Assembly: GCA_964472225.1 (NCBI GenBank)
Contig: CAYYJV010000001.1
Coordinates: 1 to 51,043 of the forward strand
Direction of reading: 5' to 3'
DNA: 51,043 nt
DNA from: an uncultured Candidatus Saccharibacteria bacterium
GTDB taxonomy: Bacteria; Patescibacteriota; Minisyncoccia; Minisyncoccales; MHMH01
Each line of letters opens with the position of its first letter. Position 1 is the first letter of the stretch. The notes below the pieces were generated by a model, which searched no databases, had not been told where the DNA came from, and was given only the letters and a program-made list of their open reading frames with translations. Below are positions 9,227 through 16,718 of the stretch, piece by piece. A program made the position numbers and the translations under genes.

Positions 9227-11710
9227 TTAAACTACGAAATTAATGAGTTTTCCTGGCACAAATATCACCTTCTTGAGTGGTTTGTTGGCTATCCATTTTT
9301 TAACCTTTTCTCGCCCCAATGTCAATTCCTCTGCCTGCTTTTGAGAAATATCAACAAATACCTCAATTTTATCTCTAACCCTGCCGTTAACCTGAATAAT
9401 CAATTGGGTTTTTTCTTCTTTTACCAATTTCGGATTATATCGAGGCCATTGCTGATTATGAATGCTTTCTCGTTCTCCCATGTTATGCCACAATTCCTCG
9501 CTTATGTGAGGGGCAAACGGCGCCAAGAGTTTAATTATCAATTTCCAATTTTCACCGTGTGGATCGGTGGAACTTTTCAATGATTGAGGTTGTTTGGATG
9601 CTTCATTTATTAATATCATCAGGGCGGAAATGGCTGTGTTAAACCTCATGCCCTCAATATCTTCTGTCACCTTTTTAATAGTTTTATGCAATAGCCTTTC
9701 TATTTTTTCATTTTTAATTTCGCTTTTTGATTTTTTATTTTTAATTTTTAATTTTCCAAATAGATCCCATACTCTATTAAGGAATCTATAAATTCCCACG
9801 ATCCCATTTGGGTTCCATGCCCCTCCTTGGTTGTATGGCCCCATAAAACAAAGGTACATCCTTACGGCGTCAGCGCCATACTTTTTCACCTGCTCATCGG
9901 GATCTATCACATTGCCCCTGGATTTTGACATTTTTTGGCCATCGGGACCCAAAATAATTCCCTGGTGTCGCAAGGCCAAAAACGGCTCTTTGAAACCCAA
10001 ATGGCCAAGCTTATTTAAAACCTTAGTAAAAAACCGGGAATACAAAAGATGCAAGACGGTGTGCTCGGCTCCTCCAACGTACATTCGCACTGGCAGCCAT
10101 TTTTCAATTTTGTTTTTGGCAGCGAATTTTTTATCGTTATGGGGATCGGCGTAACGAAGATAATACCAAGAAGAACAAACAAAGGTATCCATGGTATCTG
10201 TTTCCCTTTGGGCAGAACCCTTACACTTGGGACAAGTGGTTTCAACAAAACTTTTGGATTTGGCCAGAGGAGAATTCCCTTCGCCCGTAGGCTTGTAATC
10301 TTTGATTTTCGGCAGCAAAACCGGCAAATCTTTTTCCGGAACCCGCTGCCAACCGCATTTTTCACAAAAAACCATGGGGATGGGAGCCCCCCAATATCTC
10401 TGTCGTGAGATCAGCCAATCACGTAATCTATAATAAACTCTTTTCTTGGCTAACCCCTTTTTAGCTAGCCACTCCCCGATTCTTTCTCTGGCATCAACAG
10501 AAGGCATACCCGTAAACCGACCGGAATTAACCAACACCCCCTCTCCCTCATAAGCCCTATTAACGAAGTCATTCTTCGTTAATGGTTTGATAACGTCAAT
10601 AATTGGTAAATTGTATTTCTTGGCGAAATCAAAATCTCTTTGGTCGTGAGCGGGGACTGCCATAATGGCTCCTGTGCCGTAATACATTAAAACATAATCT
10701 GCCACGAAAATAGGGATTTCCCGGCCGTTCACCGGATTGACGGCTTTAACGCCCCTTAATTCTATCCCGGTTTTCTCTTTTATTTCGGAAATCCTCTCCT
10801 TTTCCGTTTTTTTCTTGGATGACGTGACATATTCCTGAACAAATTTTAAATTTTGGATTTTGAGCTTTGGGTTTTTCAAAATCGGATGTTCCGGAGCTAC
10901 CACTAAATAAGTACAACCGAACAAGGTATCCGCTCTCGTAGTGAAAACGGGGATTTTAAATTTTGCCGTGCGCTGTGCGGAAACGGCGGGTGAACAACGG
11001 GCGTTTTGAATTTTGAATTCTATTTGCCATCCTTCTGACCTTCCAATCCAGTTCCTCTGCATAATCTTCGTGGTTTCGGGCCAATCCAGGCCCTCCAAAT
11101 CTTTCAATAAATCCTCGGCAAAGTCAGAAATTTTAAAAAGCCACTGCTCGATTTCCTCTTGCACCACCTCCGAATCGCACCTTTCGCACAAACCATCAAT
11201 CACTTGTTCGTTGGCTAAAACCGTCTTACAGGAAGGACAAAAATTACAGGGCACCTTGGCTCGGTAGGCCAAACCCGCCTTGTGCAGCTGTAAAAACATC
11301 CACTGGGTCCATTTATAATATTCGGGCTCAGAAGTAACAATCTCCCTGGACCAGTCATAACAATTCCCAAGTGACTTCAATTGCTTTCTCATTCTCTCAA
11401 TGTTCTTTTTGGTCCAGTTTTTGGGATGAATCCCCCTCTTTAAAGCAGCATTTTCTGCCGGTAATCCAAAAGAATCAAAGCCAATCGGCGACATTACATT
11501 AAACCCCTGCATTCTTTTGAAGCGAGCGTAAACGTCAGCGGGGGCGAAATTATACCAATGTCCTATATGAAGGTCGCCCGAAGGATAAGGAAACATCACC
11601 AGATGGTAAAAATTCTCCCTGCCTTTGGTCTTATCGGGAGTTTTGTAAATTCCAGAATTCTCCCAAATTTTCTGCCATTTTTTTTCAATTCTTTGTGGAT
11701 TATACTTCAT
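9227..11710 (-). CDS. leuS: Leucyl-tRNA synthetase
   Basis: 827 aa. It has the HIGH-type motif (SGDLHIGH), the KMSKS motif, the CP1 editing-domain blocks (TTRADTLFGCTY, GTGAIMAVPAHDQRD) and the C-terminal anticodon-binding domain. Confidence 0.95.
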   Translation of the reverse strand: MKYNPQRIEKKWQKIWENSGIYKTPDKTKGRENFYHLVMFPYPSGDLHIGHWYNFAPADVYARFKRMQGFNVMSPIGFDSFGLPAENAALKRGIHPKNWTKKNIERMRKQLKSLGNCYDWSREIVTSEPEYYKWTQWMFLQLHKAGLAYRAKVPCNFCPSCKTVLANEQVIDGLCERCDSEVVQEEIEQWLFKISDFAEDLLKDLEGLDWPETTKIMQRNWIGRSEGWQIEFKIQNARCSPAVSAQRTAKFKIPVFTTRADTLFGCTYLVVAPEHPILKNPKLKIQNLKFVQEYVTSSKKKTEKERISEIKEKTGIELRGVKAVNPVNGREIPIFVADYVLMYYGTGAIMAVPAHDQRDFDFAKKYNLPIIDVIKPLTKNDFVNRAYEGEGVLVNSGRFTGMPSVDARERIGEWLAKKGLAKKRVYYRLRDWLISRQRYWGAPIPMVFCEKCGWQRVPEKDLPVLLPKIKDYKPTGEGNSPLAKSKSFVETTCPKCKGSAQRETDTMDTFVCSSWYYLRYADPHNDKKFAAKNKIEKWLPVRMYVGGAEHTVLHLLYSRFFTKVLNKLGHLGFKEPFLALRHQGIILGPDGQKMSKSRGNVIDPDEQVKKYGADAVRMYLCFMGPYNQGGAWNPNGIVGIYRFLNRVWDLFGKLKIKNKKSKSEIKNEKIERLLHKTIKKVTEDIEGMRFNTAISALMILINEASKQPQSLKSSTDPHGENWKLIIKLLAPFAPHISEELWHNMGERESIHNQQWPRYNPKLVKEEKTQLIIQVNGRVRDKIEVFVDISQKQAEELTLGREKVKKWIANKPLKKVIFVPGKLINFVV
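9702..9756. repeat. Degenerate heptanucleotide AT-rich array inside leuS
   Basis: The coding strand reads GAAAATT AAAAATT AAAAATA AAAAATC AAAAAGC GAAATTA AAAATGA. It is translated in frame as KLKIKNKKSKSEIKNEK. Confidence 0.55.
10952..11020 (-). repeat. In-frame insertion in leuS: a GC-rich core (10965-11003) flanked on both sides by heptamer modules
   Basis: The coding strand reads GAATTCAAAATTCAAAAC-GCCCGTTGTTCACCCGCCGTTTCCGCACAGCGCACGGC-AAAATTTAAAATC, which encodes EFKIQNARCSPAVSAQRTAKFKI. The core is roughly 80% identical, by my hand alignment, to intergenic 22741-22782. Confidence 0.7.
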
Positions 11711-11721
11711 ACAAAATTATT

Positions 11722-12486
11722 TTAACCCATAAATTTGGTCGGGTAAACATTGTTTAAAATAACAAGGTTCTTAATAACCATGGCGACCGTCATAGGGCCT
11801 ACGCCTCCAAGGGTGGGAGTGATGTAACTTGCCTTTTTTACCGCGCTGTCAAAATCTATGTCTCCTGCGGCATCAATTACTACTGCCCCCTCTTTTATCA
11901 TATTGCCGTTAATAACAAATCCGGGCTTGCCCACCCCGGAAATGATAACGTCAGCCCCTTCGACATTTTCTAAAACCTTAATGCCTTGTTTTAAAAGCCA
12001 AGCGGCAACCGGTTTACCCACCAGTCTTCCTCTGCCGATAACCCCCACCTTTTTGCCTTTAAGATCTATTTTGTATTCTTTCAGCAATTCCAGCACCCCC
12101 TCCAAAACTGGTGATAAAACAAAGGGTTTGCCGGAAAGCGCGTCAACGTCTTTTTCTGGTGGAATCAAATCTAGAATCTTTTGAACATCAATATGTTGGG
12201 GCAGGGGCAATTGAATGATTATCCCATGGTTTTTCTGCCTGCTAATCTCTTTTACCTTTTTCTCCAAATCTTCTTGGGTAATATTTTCAGAAAACTGATA
12301 AAGTTCAAACTCAACCCCAACTTTTTTACAGGCTTTTTCTTTCTGGCGAAGAAAAATCTTAGAATTTTTATCTTCCCCAACCAAAACAGCGGCAAGTTTT
12401 AACTTTTTGCCGCTTTTTTTTATCTTTTTTCTAAGATCCTCCAAAATCTTTTCCGATAATTTTTTGCCGTCCAAAATAATAGCCAT
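11722..12486 (-). CDS. folD: Bifunctional methylenetetrahydrofolate dehydrogenase/cyclohydrolase
   Basis: 254 aa. ILDGKKLS, LVGEDKNSKIFLRQKEKACKKVG, IQLPLP and GGVGPMTVAM are FolD signatures. Confidence 0.9.
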   Translation of the reverse strand: MAIILDGKKLSEKILEDLRKKIKKSGKKLKLAAVLVGEDKNSKIFLRQKEKACKKVGVEFELYQFSENITQEDLEKKVKEISRQKNHGIIIQLPLPQHIDVQKILDLIPPEKDVDALSGKPFVLSPVLEGVLELLKEYKIDLKGKKVGVIGRGRLVGKPVAAWLLKQGIKVLENVEGADVIISGVGKPGFVINGNMIKEGAVVIDAAGDIDFDSAVKKASYITPTLGGVGPMTVAMVIKNLVILNNVYPTKFMG

Positions 12487-12664
12487 AATTAGTGAACTCG
12501 GAATTAGTCACTAAGAAAAACGTTCCGCAAGACGAACGGGCATGGTTTCTGCCAGAGCGTCCGGCAGAAGAGCGAGCCCGAGGTTCGAGCAGCGCGAGCG
12601 CGCTGGGCGAGCGACTGCGGTTTTTCGTGCGACTGATTCTGAATCTTATCGCCGAGCGATTAAT
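12487..12664 (-). other. GC-rich structured intergenic element between glyA and folD (candidate cis-regulatory RNA or attenuator, class unassigned)
   Basis: This spacer is markedly GC-rich in an otherwise AT-rich, tightly packed genome. The minus-strand RNA contains the hairpins AGCGCG..CGCGCT and CTGCC..GGCAG, a direct repeat CAGTCGC x2, and a weak hairpin CGTTC..GAACG followed by TTTTTCTT just upstream of folD. Confidence 0.3.
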
Positions 12665-13903
12665 TTAAGGAAGCGGAAATTTTCGGCAAAGCGTTTTCAC
12701 TTTTTCCCTAACCTCTTTTACGCTTTTGGGATTAGTAATTACTTCATTTATCCAGCCGGCGATTATCCGCATTTCCTTTTCTTTCATTCCCCTGGTAGTT
12801 AAAGCTGGGGTTCCCAAACGAATCCCGGACGGATCATAAGGAGTGCCGGGATCATAAGGAATGGTGTTCCTGTTGGTTACGATACCAGCTTTCTCCAGTA
12901 GTTCTTGGCAGGGCTTTCCCGTAATGTTCTTATTCCTCAAATCAATCAAAACTAAGTGGTTATCAGTGCCGCCGGAAATTAAATTAAAACCATACCTTTC
13001 CAGTTCCCGGGCTAAAGCTTTGGCGTTTTTAACTATTTGCCGGGCATATCTTTTAAAAGCGGGAGACATCGCCTCCTTCAAAGCTATACCAATGGCGCAA
13101 ATAGTGTGCTGATGAGGCCCGCCTTGTAAGCCGGGAAAAACCTTGGGGAAAATTTTCTGCTCCAATTCCTTCCGGCAAATAATCATGGCTCCCCGGGGAC
13201 CCCTTAATGTTTTATGAGTGGTGGTCATCAAAACATCAGCCCAGGGAAAGGGACTGGGATGCTGGCCTCCAATAATAAGGCCCGTAATATGGGAGGTGTC
13301 TGCCAAAAGATAAGCTCCAACCTTTTTTGCAATCTGAGAGAACCTCTTAAAATCAACTTTCCGGGGGTAAGCGGTGTAGCCTGCCATAATAAGCTTCGGT
13401 TTTTCTCTCTTGGCCAGTTTTTCAATTTCCTCGTAGTCTAAAAATCCATTTTTTCCCAGATAATAGTAAACGGGCCTGAAATCCCTGCCGGTAAGGGAAG
13501 CCTTTGCACCCTGGCTCAGGTGCCCGCCATGAGGCAAATGGAGACAAAGGATCTTATCTTTTAAATTCAGAAGACCTCTTAATATTTCGTAATTAGCCGG
13601 TGCTCCCGAAAGCGGCTGTACGTTGACCGCCCACTTCCTGGGGCTAAGCCCAAAAACCTTAAGAGCTCTTTCCCCAACCAAAGTTTCCAACTTATCAATG
13701 TTTTCCTGCCCAGCGTAATACCTTTTATATGGCCTGCCTTCCGAGTATTTGGCAACGAAAATCGAACCCAGAGCTTCTCTGACCGCCCGCGAAGGATAAT
13801 TTTCAGAAGCTATCAAATTAAGGGTGCTTTTCTGGCGCCCCTCTTCTTCTTTAATTAGTCTGGCTATTTTCCGATCGATTTTTCTAATTTTTTTAATGTC
13901 CAT
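12665..13903 (-). CDS. glyA: Serine hydroxymethyltransferase
   Basis: 412 aa. LIASENY, the TTTHKTLRGPRG (PLP-lysine) block and GIRLGTPALTTRG are canonical for GlyA. Confidence 0.95.
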   Translation of the reverse strand: MDIKKIRKIDRKIARLIKEEEGRQKSTLNLIASENYPSRAVREALGSIFVAKYSEGRPYKRYYAGQENIDKLETLVGERALKVFGLSPRKWAVNVQPLSGAPANYEILRGLLNLKDKILCLHLPHGGHLSQGAKASLTGRDFRPVYYYLGKNGFLDYEEIEKLAKREKPKLIMAGYTAYPRKVDFKRFSQIAKKVGAYLLADTSHITGLIIGGQHPSPFPWADVLMTTTHKTLRGPRGAMIICRKELEQKIFPKVFPGLQGGPHQHTICAIGIALKEAMSPAFKRYARQIVKNAKALARELERYGFNLISGGTDNHLVLIDLRNKNITGKPCQELLEKAGIVTNRNTIPYDPGTPYDPSGIRLGTPALTTRGMKEKEMRIIAGWINEVITNPKSVKEVREKVKTLCRKFPLP

Positions 13904-13917
13904 ATCTTATATTTACC

Positions 13918-13945
13918 ATAAAAGGCCGGCTCTTTCAAGCCGACC
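13918..13945 (-). terminator. Rho-independent terminator after the AAA ATPase gene
   Basis: The minus-strand RNA reads GGUCGGCU-UGAAAG-AGCCGGCC (one G-U pair) followed by UUUUAUGG. Confidence 0.5.
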
Positions 13946-13956
13946 TTTTAAATCTG

Positions 13957-14514
13957 CTAACGAATGTATTCAAGGGCACGATTGATTCTTTTTTGAATCG
14001 CTTCTTCGGGTGAAGATGACTCTTTGATAAAACTCGGGAGGATAATGTATTTTATCCCCCATTCGTCCAAAAGTTTCTTGTAGCGCCTGTCCACTTCTGC
14101 TTGAAACTCGTCATTCTCGCTTCTGACTCCGTCCAGTTTCATGGGAAATTCAATCGGTAAATAGAACACGAGGTCGTAAATAGCATTATCTTTAACAATT
14201 TCTCTAATTGCTTCTTTTACCCTGGAGGCTTTCTCCGAATTCTGGTTTTCTAGGACAATTTCTCCGTAAACCAAATAGTCAAATAAGCATTTATCGGCTA
14301 CCCAGGGTTCGGAAGTAAGCCTTTCCAGCTCCCACTGTCGCCCCACCAACCAAACTTGAACTTCGGGAGGGGTGTTCTCGTTAATCTCAAAACCCTTTGA
14401 AAAAGCCTCCTCTCTTACTATATCGTAAATGTAACTGCCGCTTAACTTCTTTGCCAGCCCTTTAGCAAAGCTGCTTTTTCCTGTGCCATGGGAACCGGCA
14501 ACCGCAATCTTCAT
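13957..14514 (-). CDS. P-loop ATPase (AAA_28 / NadR-like kinase-type domain)
   Basis: 185 aa. It has the Walker A motif AGSHGTGKSS near the N-terminus and an AGGAGG RBS upstream. The specific function is unknown. Confidence 0.6.
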   Translation of the reverse strand: MKIAVAGSHGTGKSSFAKGLAKKLSGSYIYDIVREEAFSKGFEINENTPPEVQVWLVGRQWELERLTSEPWVADKCLFDYLVYGEIVLENQNSEKASRVKEAIREIVKDNAIYDLVFYLPIEFPMKLDGVRSENDEFQAEVDRRYKKLLDEWGIKYIILPSFIKESSSPEEAIQKRINRALEYIR

Positions 14515-14535
14515 GGTGCTCCTCCTTTGTTAATA

Positions 14536-15303
14536 CTAAATTTTAAATAACTCTTTAGCATTTCGGGTGGTAATTTGAGCTATTTCTTTATAATCTAAAT
14601 CTTTAATTTTAGCAATTTTCTCTGCCACATATTTTACATAAGCTGGCTCATTCCGACCCTTTTGGGAAGGCGGAGTCAAATAGGGGCAATCGGTTTCAAT
14701 TAAAATTCTCTCTAGAGGGGTTTTTTTAATGACATCGTCCAAATCCATTTTAAATATTATCCCGTTAAACCCCAAATAAAGCCCTTTTTCTATATATTTC
14801 TCTGCCTGATTCCGATCGCCGGTGAAACAATGAATAACACCTCTTAATTTCGAATTTCGTGCTTTGAATTTCAAATTTACGATCTCTATGAGATCCTCGT
14901 GGGCCTTTCGACAATGAAATATGATCGGCAGGTTTAATTCTTTGGCCAAATTCATTTGTTCTATCAAAATTTTCTTTTGCCTTTCTTTAAATGAAATGTA
15001 CTCTTCTTTGTAGTCCAGGCCGATTTCCCCAATGGCTACCACCCTTCGACTATCGCTTAGGGCAAGCTTTTTATATTCGTCGTAATTAAAATCATCTTGA
15101 GCATGAATCGGATGCAGGCCGATGGCTGCATAAACTCCTTTTGGATATTCTTCAGCTATTCTTACCGCTCTTTTGCTGGTAGTTAATTGTGAGCCGACAT
15201 TTATCATCCAAATATCACCGTCTAAAGAACGCCGAATAACTCTGTCGGCGTCTTCTTTGTAGGCCGAGAAATTCAAATGGGCGTGAGTATCGATTAACAT
15301 CAA
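14536..15303 (-). CDS. tatD: TatD-family metal-dependent hydrolase
   Basis: 255 aa. IDTHAHL, EIGLDY, IFHCR and ETDCPYL are the TatD motifs. Confidence 0.9.
   Translation of the reverse strand: MMLIDTHAHLNFSAYKEDADRVIRRSLDGDIWMINVGSQLTTSKRAVRIAEEYPKGVYAAIGLHPIHAQDDFNYDEYKKLALSDSRRVVAIGEIGLDYKEEYISFKERQKKILIEQMNLAKELNLPIIFHCRKAHEDLIEIVNLKFKARNSKLRGVIHCFTGDRNQAEKYIEKGLYLGFNGIIFKMDLDDVIKKTPLERILIETDCPYLTPPSQKGRNEPAYVKYVAEKIAKIKDLDYKEIAQITTRNAKELFKI
14845..14879. repeat. Heptamer-type AT-rich module inside tatD
   Basis: The coding strand reads AAATTTGAAATTCAAAGCACGAAATTCGAAATT, which encodes NLKFKARNSKL. A short GCAC island sits between the heptamer units. Confidence 0.5.
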
Positions 15304-16718
15304 AGACGCGGAAATAATGGTTTGCTCTTTTTTGTTTTAATTTGTTCTAATATTTTTTCCGAAGTTCCGGGCAAAAACGGTTTTAACATTTCAGCAATAT
15401 GATTCAGGGCGAACAATAAATCACCAATAACCCTCTTGTCCTTGCTCTCCCACGGTCTTTTTTTCTCAATGTATTTGTCGCAAAAACCAATTAGCTCCCA
15501 AATCGTAGCCAGCGCTTCATTAAATCGAAGCTCACTTAGAGAACGATGGTATTCTTTCCAAGTTTTGTTTATTTCCGCTTTGAATTTGGCTGTGTGGGAA
15601 CAGTGGGTTTTTGAAAATTTATTGGAAATTAAAAATTGGAAATTAGAAATTTGCGCCATTTTTATTACTCTGGCAACCAAATTCCCGAGCCCTTTTGCCA
15701 AATCAGAATTATAGCGCCCCTCAAATTTTTCGCGCGTAAAGTCTCCGTCTTCCGTCGGCGGAATCTCCCGCAGAAGAAAATATCTCACCGGATCTGTCCC
15801 GTATTTCTCAACCAATTCAAAAGGATCAATAACATTCCCCAAGCTTTTTGACATTTTTTGACCGTTAACGGTTATGAATCCGTGAACAAATATAATTTTA
15901 GGTAAAGGCAATCCGAGAGATAAAAGCATGCCCGGCCAAATCAAGCAGTGAAACTTCTGAATGTCTTTACCTATACACTGAACATCTGCTGGCCAGCGCC
16001 CCGGAGCTCCGGAAAGATAATTGGTTAAAGCATCTGCCCAACAATAGATAGTATGCGCGTCGTCGTCGGGAACGGGAATCCCCCATTTTAAATCTTTCCG
16101 AGGTCTGGAAAAACTGATGTCTTCCAAACCATGCTTTACAAAGCTAAGCATTTCATTCTTGCGGCTTTCGGGGACGATTTTTATCTTATCCCTTTTAATA
16201 ATTCCTTCTATTTTGGAAGAATATTTAGAAAGACGAAAAAAATAATTTTCTTCTTCAACTAATTCTGGTTCTTCTTGGTGAATTCCGCATCGGCCGTTTT
16301 TCAAATCCTTTTTGGTAATAAACGCCTCGCAGCCGACACAATAGAGCCCTTTGTACTTTTTCTTGTAAATATCGCCGTTTTTCTTTAATGCCAGCCAAAC
16401 CTTTTCTACCGAAGGCCAATGTTTTTTTCGATCGCTTGTACGGATGAAATTATCGTTGGAAATGTTCAAAATTTTAGTCAGCTTTTTGAATTTTTTCGCG
16501 AGCAAATCAGTAAATTCTTTCGGACTTTTGCCCGCCGCTGCGGCGGCTTCTGCCACCTTTTTTCCATGCTCGTCCGTGCCCGTTAAAAAGAAAACATCCT
16601 CGCCCAAAAGCCGGTGATATCTGGCTATCACATCTGCTTGAATTACTTCTAAGGCGTACCCGATGTGCGGAGAAGCGTTAGTATAAGCTATGCTAGTGGT
16701 AACATAGAACTTCTTCAT
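15300..16718 (-). CDS. metG: Methionyl-tRNA synthetase (short form, no C-terminal tRNA-binding appendix)
   Basis: 472 aa. It has the HIGH-type motif (ASPHIGY), KMSKS, and a CxxC knuckle (CVGCEAF). Confidence 0.95.
   Translation of the reverse strand: MKKFYVTTSIAYTNASPHIGYALEVIQADVIARYHRLLGEDVFFLTGTDEHGKKVAEAAAAAGKSPKEFTDLLAKKFKKLTKILNISNDNFIRTSDRKKHWPSVEKVWLALKKNGDIYKKKYKGLYCVGCEAFITKKDLKNGRCGIHQEEPELVEEENYFFRLSKYSSKIEGIIKRDKIKIVPESRKNEMLSFVKHGLEDISFSRPRKDLKWGIPVPDDDAHTIYCWADALTNYLSGAPGRWPADVQCIGKDIQKFHCLIWPGMLLSLGLPLPKIIFVHGFITVNGQKMSKSLGNVIDPFELVEKYGTDPVRYFLLREIPPTEDGDFTREKFEGRYNSDLAKGLGNLVARVIKMAQISNFQFLISNKFSKTHCSHTAKFKAEINKTWKEYHRSLSELRFNEALATIWELIGFCDKYIEKKRPWESKDKRVIGDLLFALNHIAEMLKPFLPGTSEKILEQIKTKKSKPLFPRL
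15578..15652 (-). repeat. In-frame insertion in metG: a truncated GC core (15588-15608) plus a heptamer array (15609-15652)
   Basis: The coding strand reads ...CAAATTTCTAATTTCCAATTTTTAATTTCCAATAAATTTTCAAAAA-CCCACTGTTCCCACACAGCC-AAATTCAAAG, which encodes ISNFQFLISNKFSKTHCSHTAKFK. The core matches 22754-22774 at 20 of 21 positions by hand alignment. Confidence 0.65.

Noticed and set aside
12487-12664. Assignment of the glyA-folD spacer to the ZTP (pfl) or THF riboswitch classes.
   Set aside because: I could not place the conserved ZTP or THF core sequences on the transcribed strand. The only partial resemblance is on the opposite strand. It is kept only as an unassigned candidate.
12542-12802. 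86-aa plus-strand ORF (MVSARASGRRASPRFEQRERAGRA...) starting in the glyA-folD spacer.
   Set aside because: It is an Arg/Ala-rich translation of a GC-rich non-coding stretch. It runs antisense into glyA and has no RBS.
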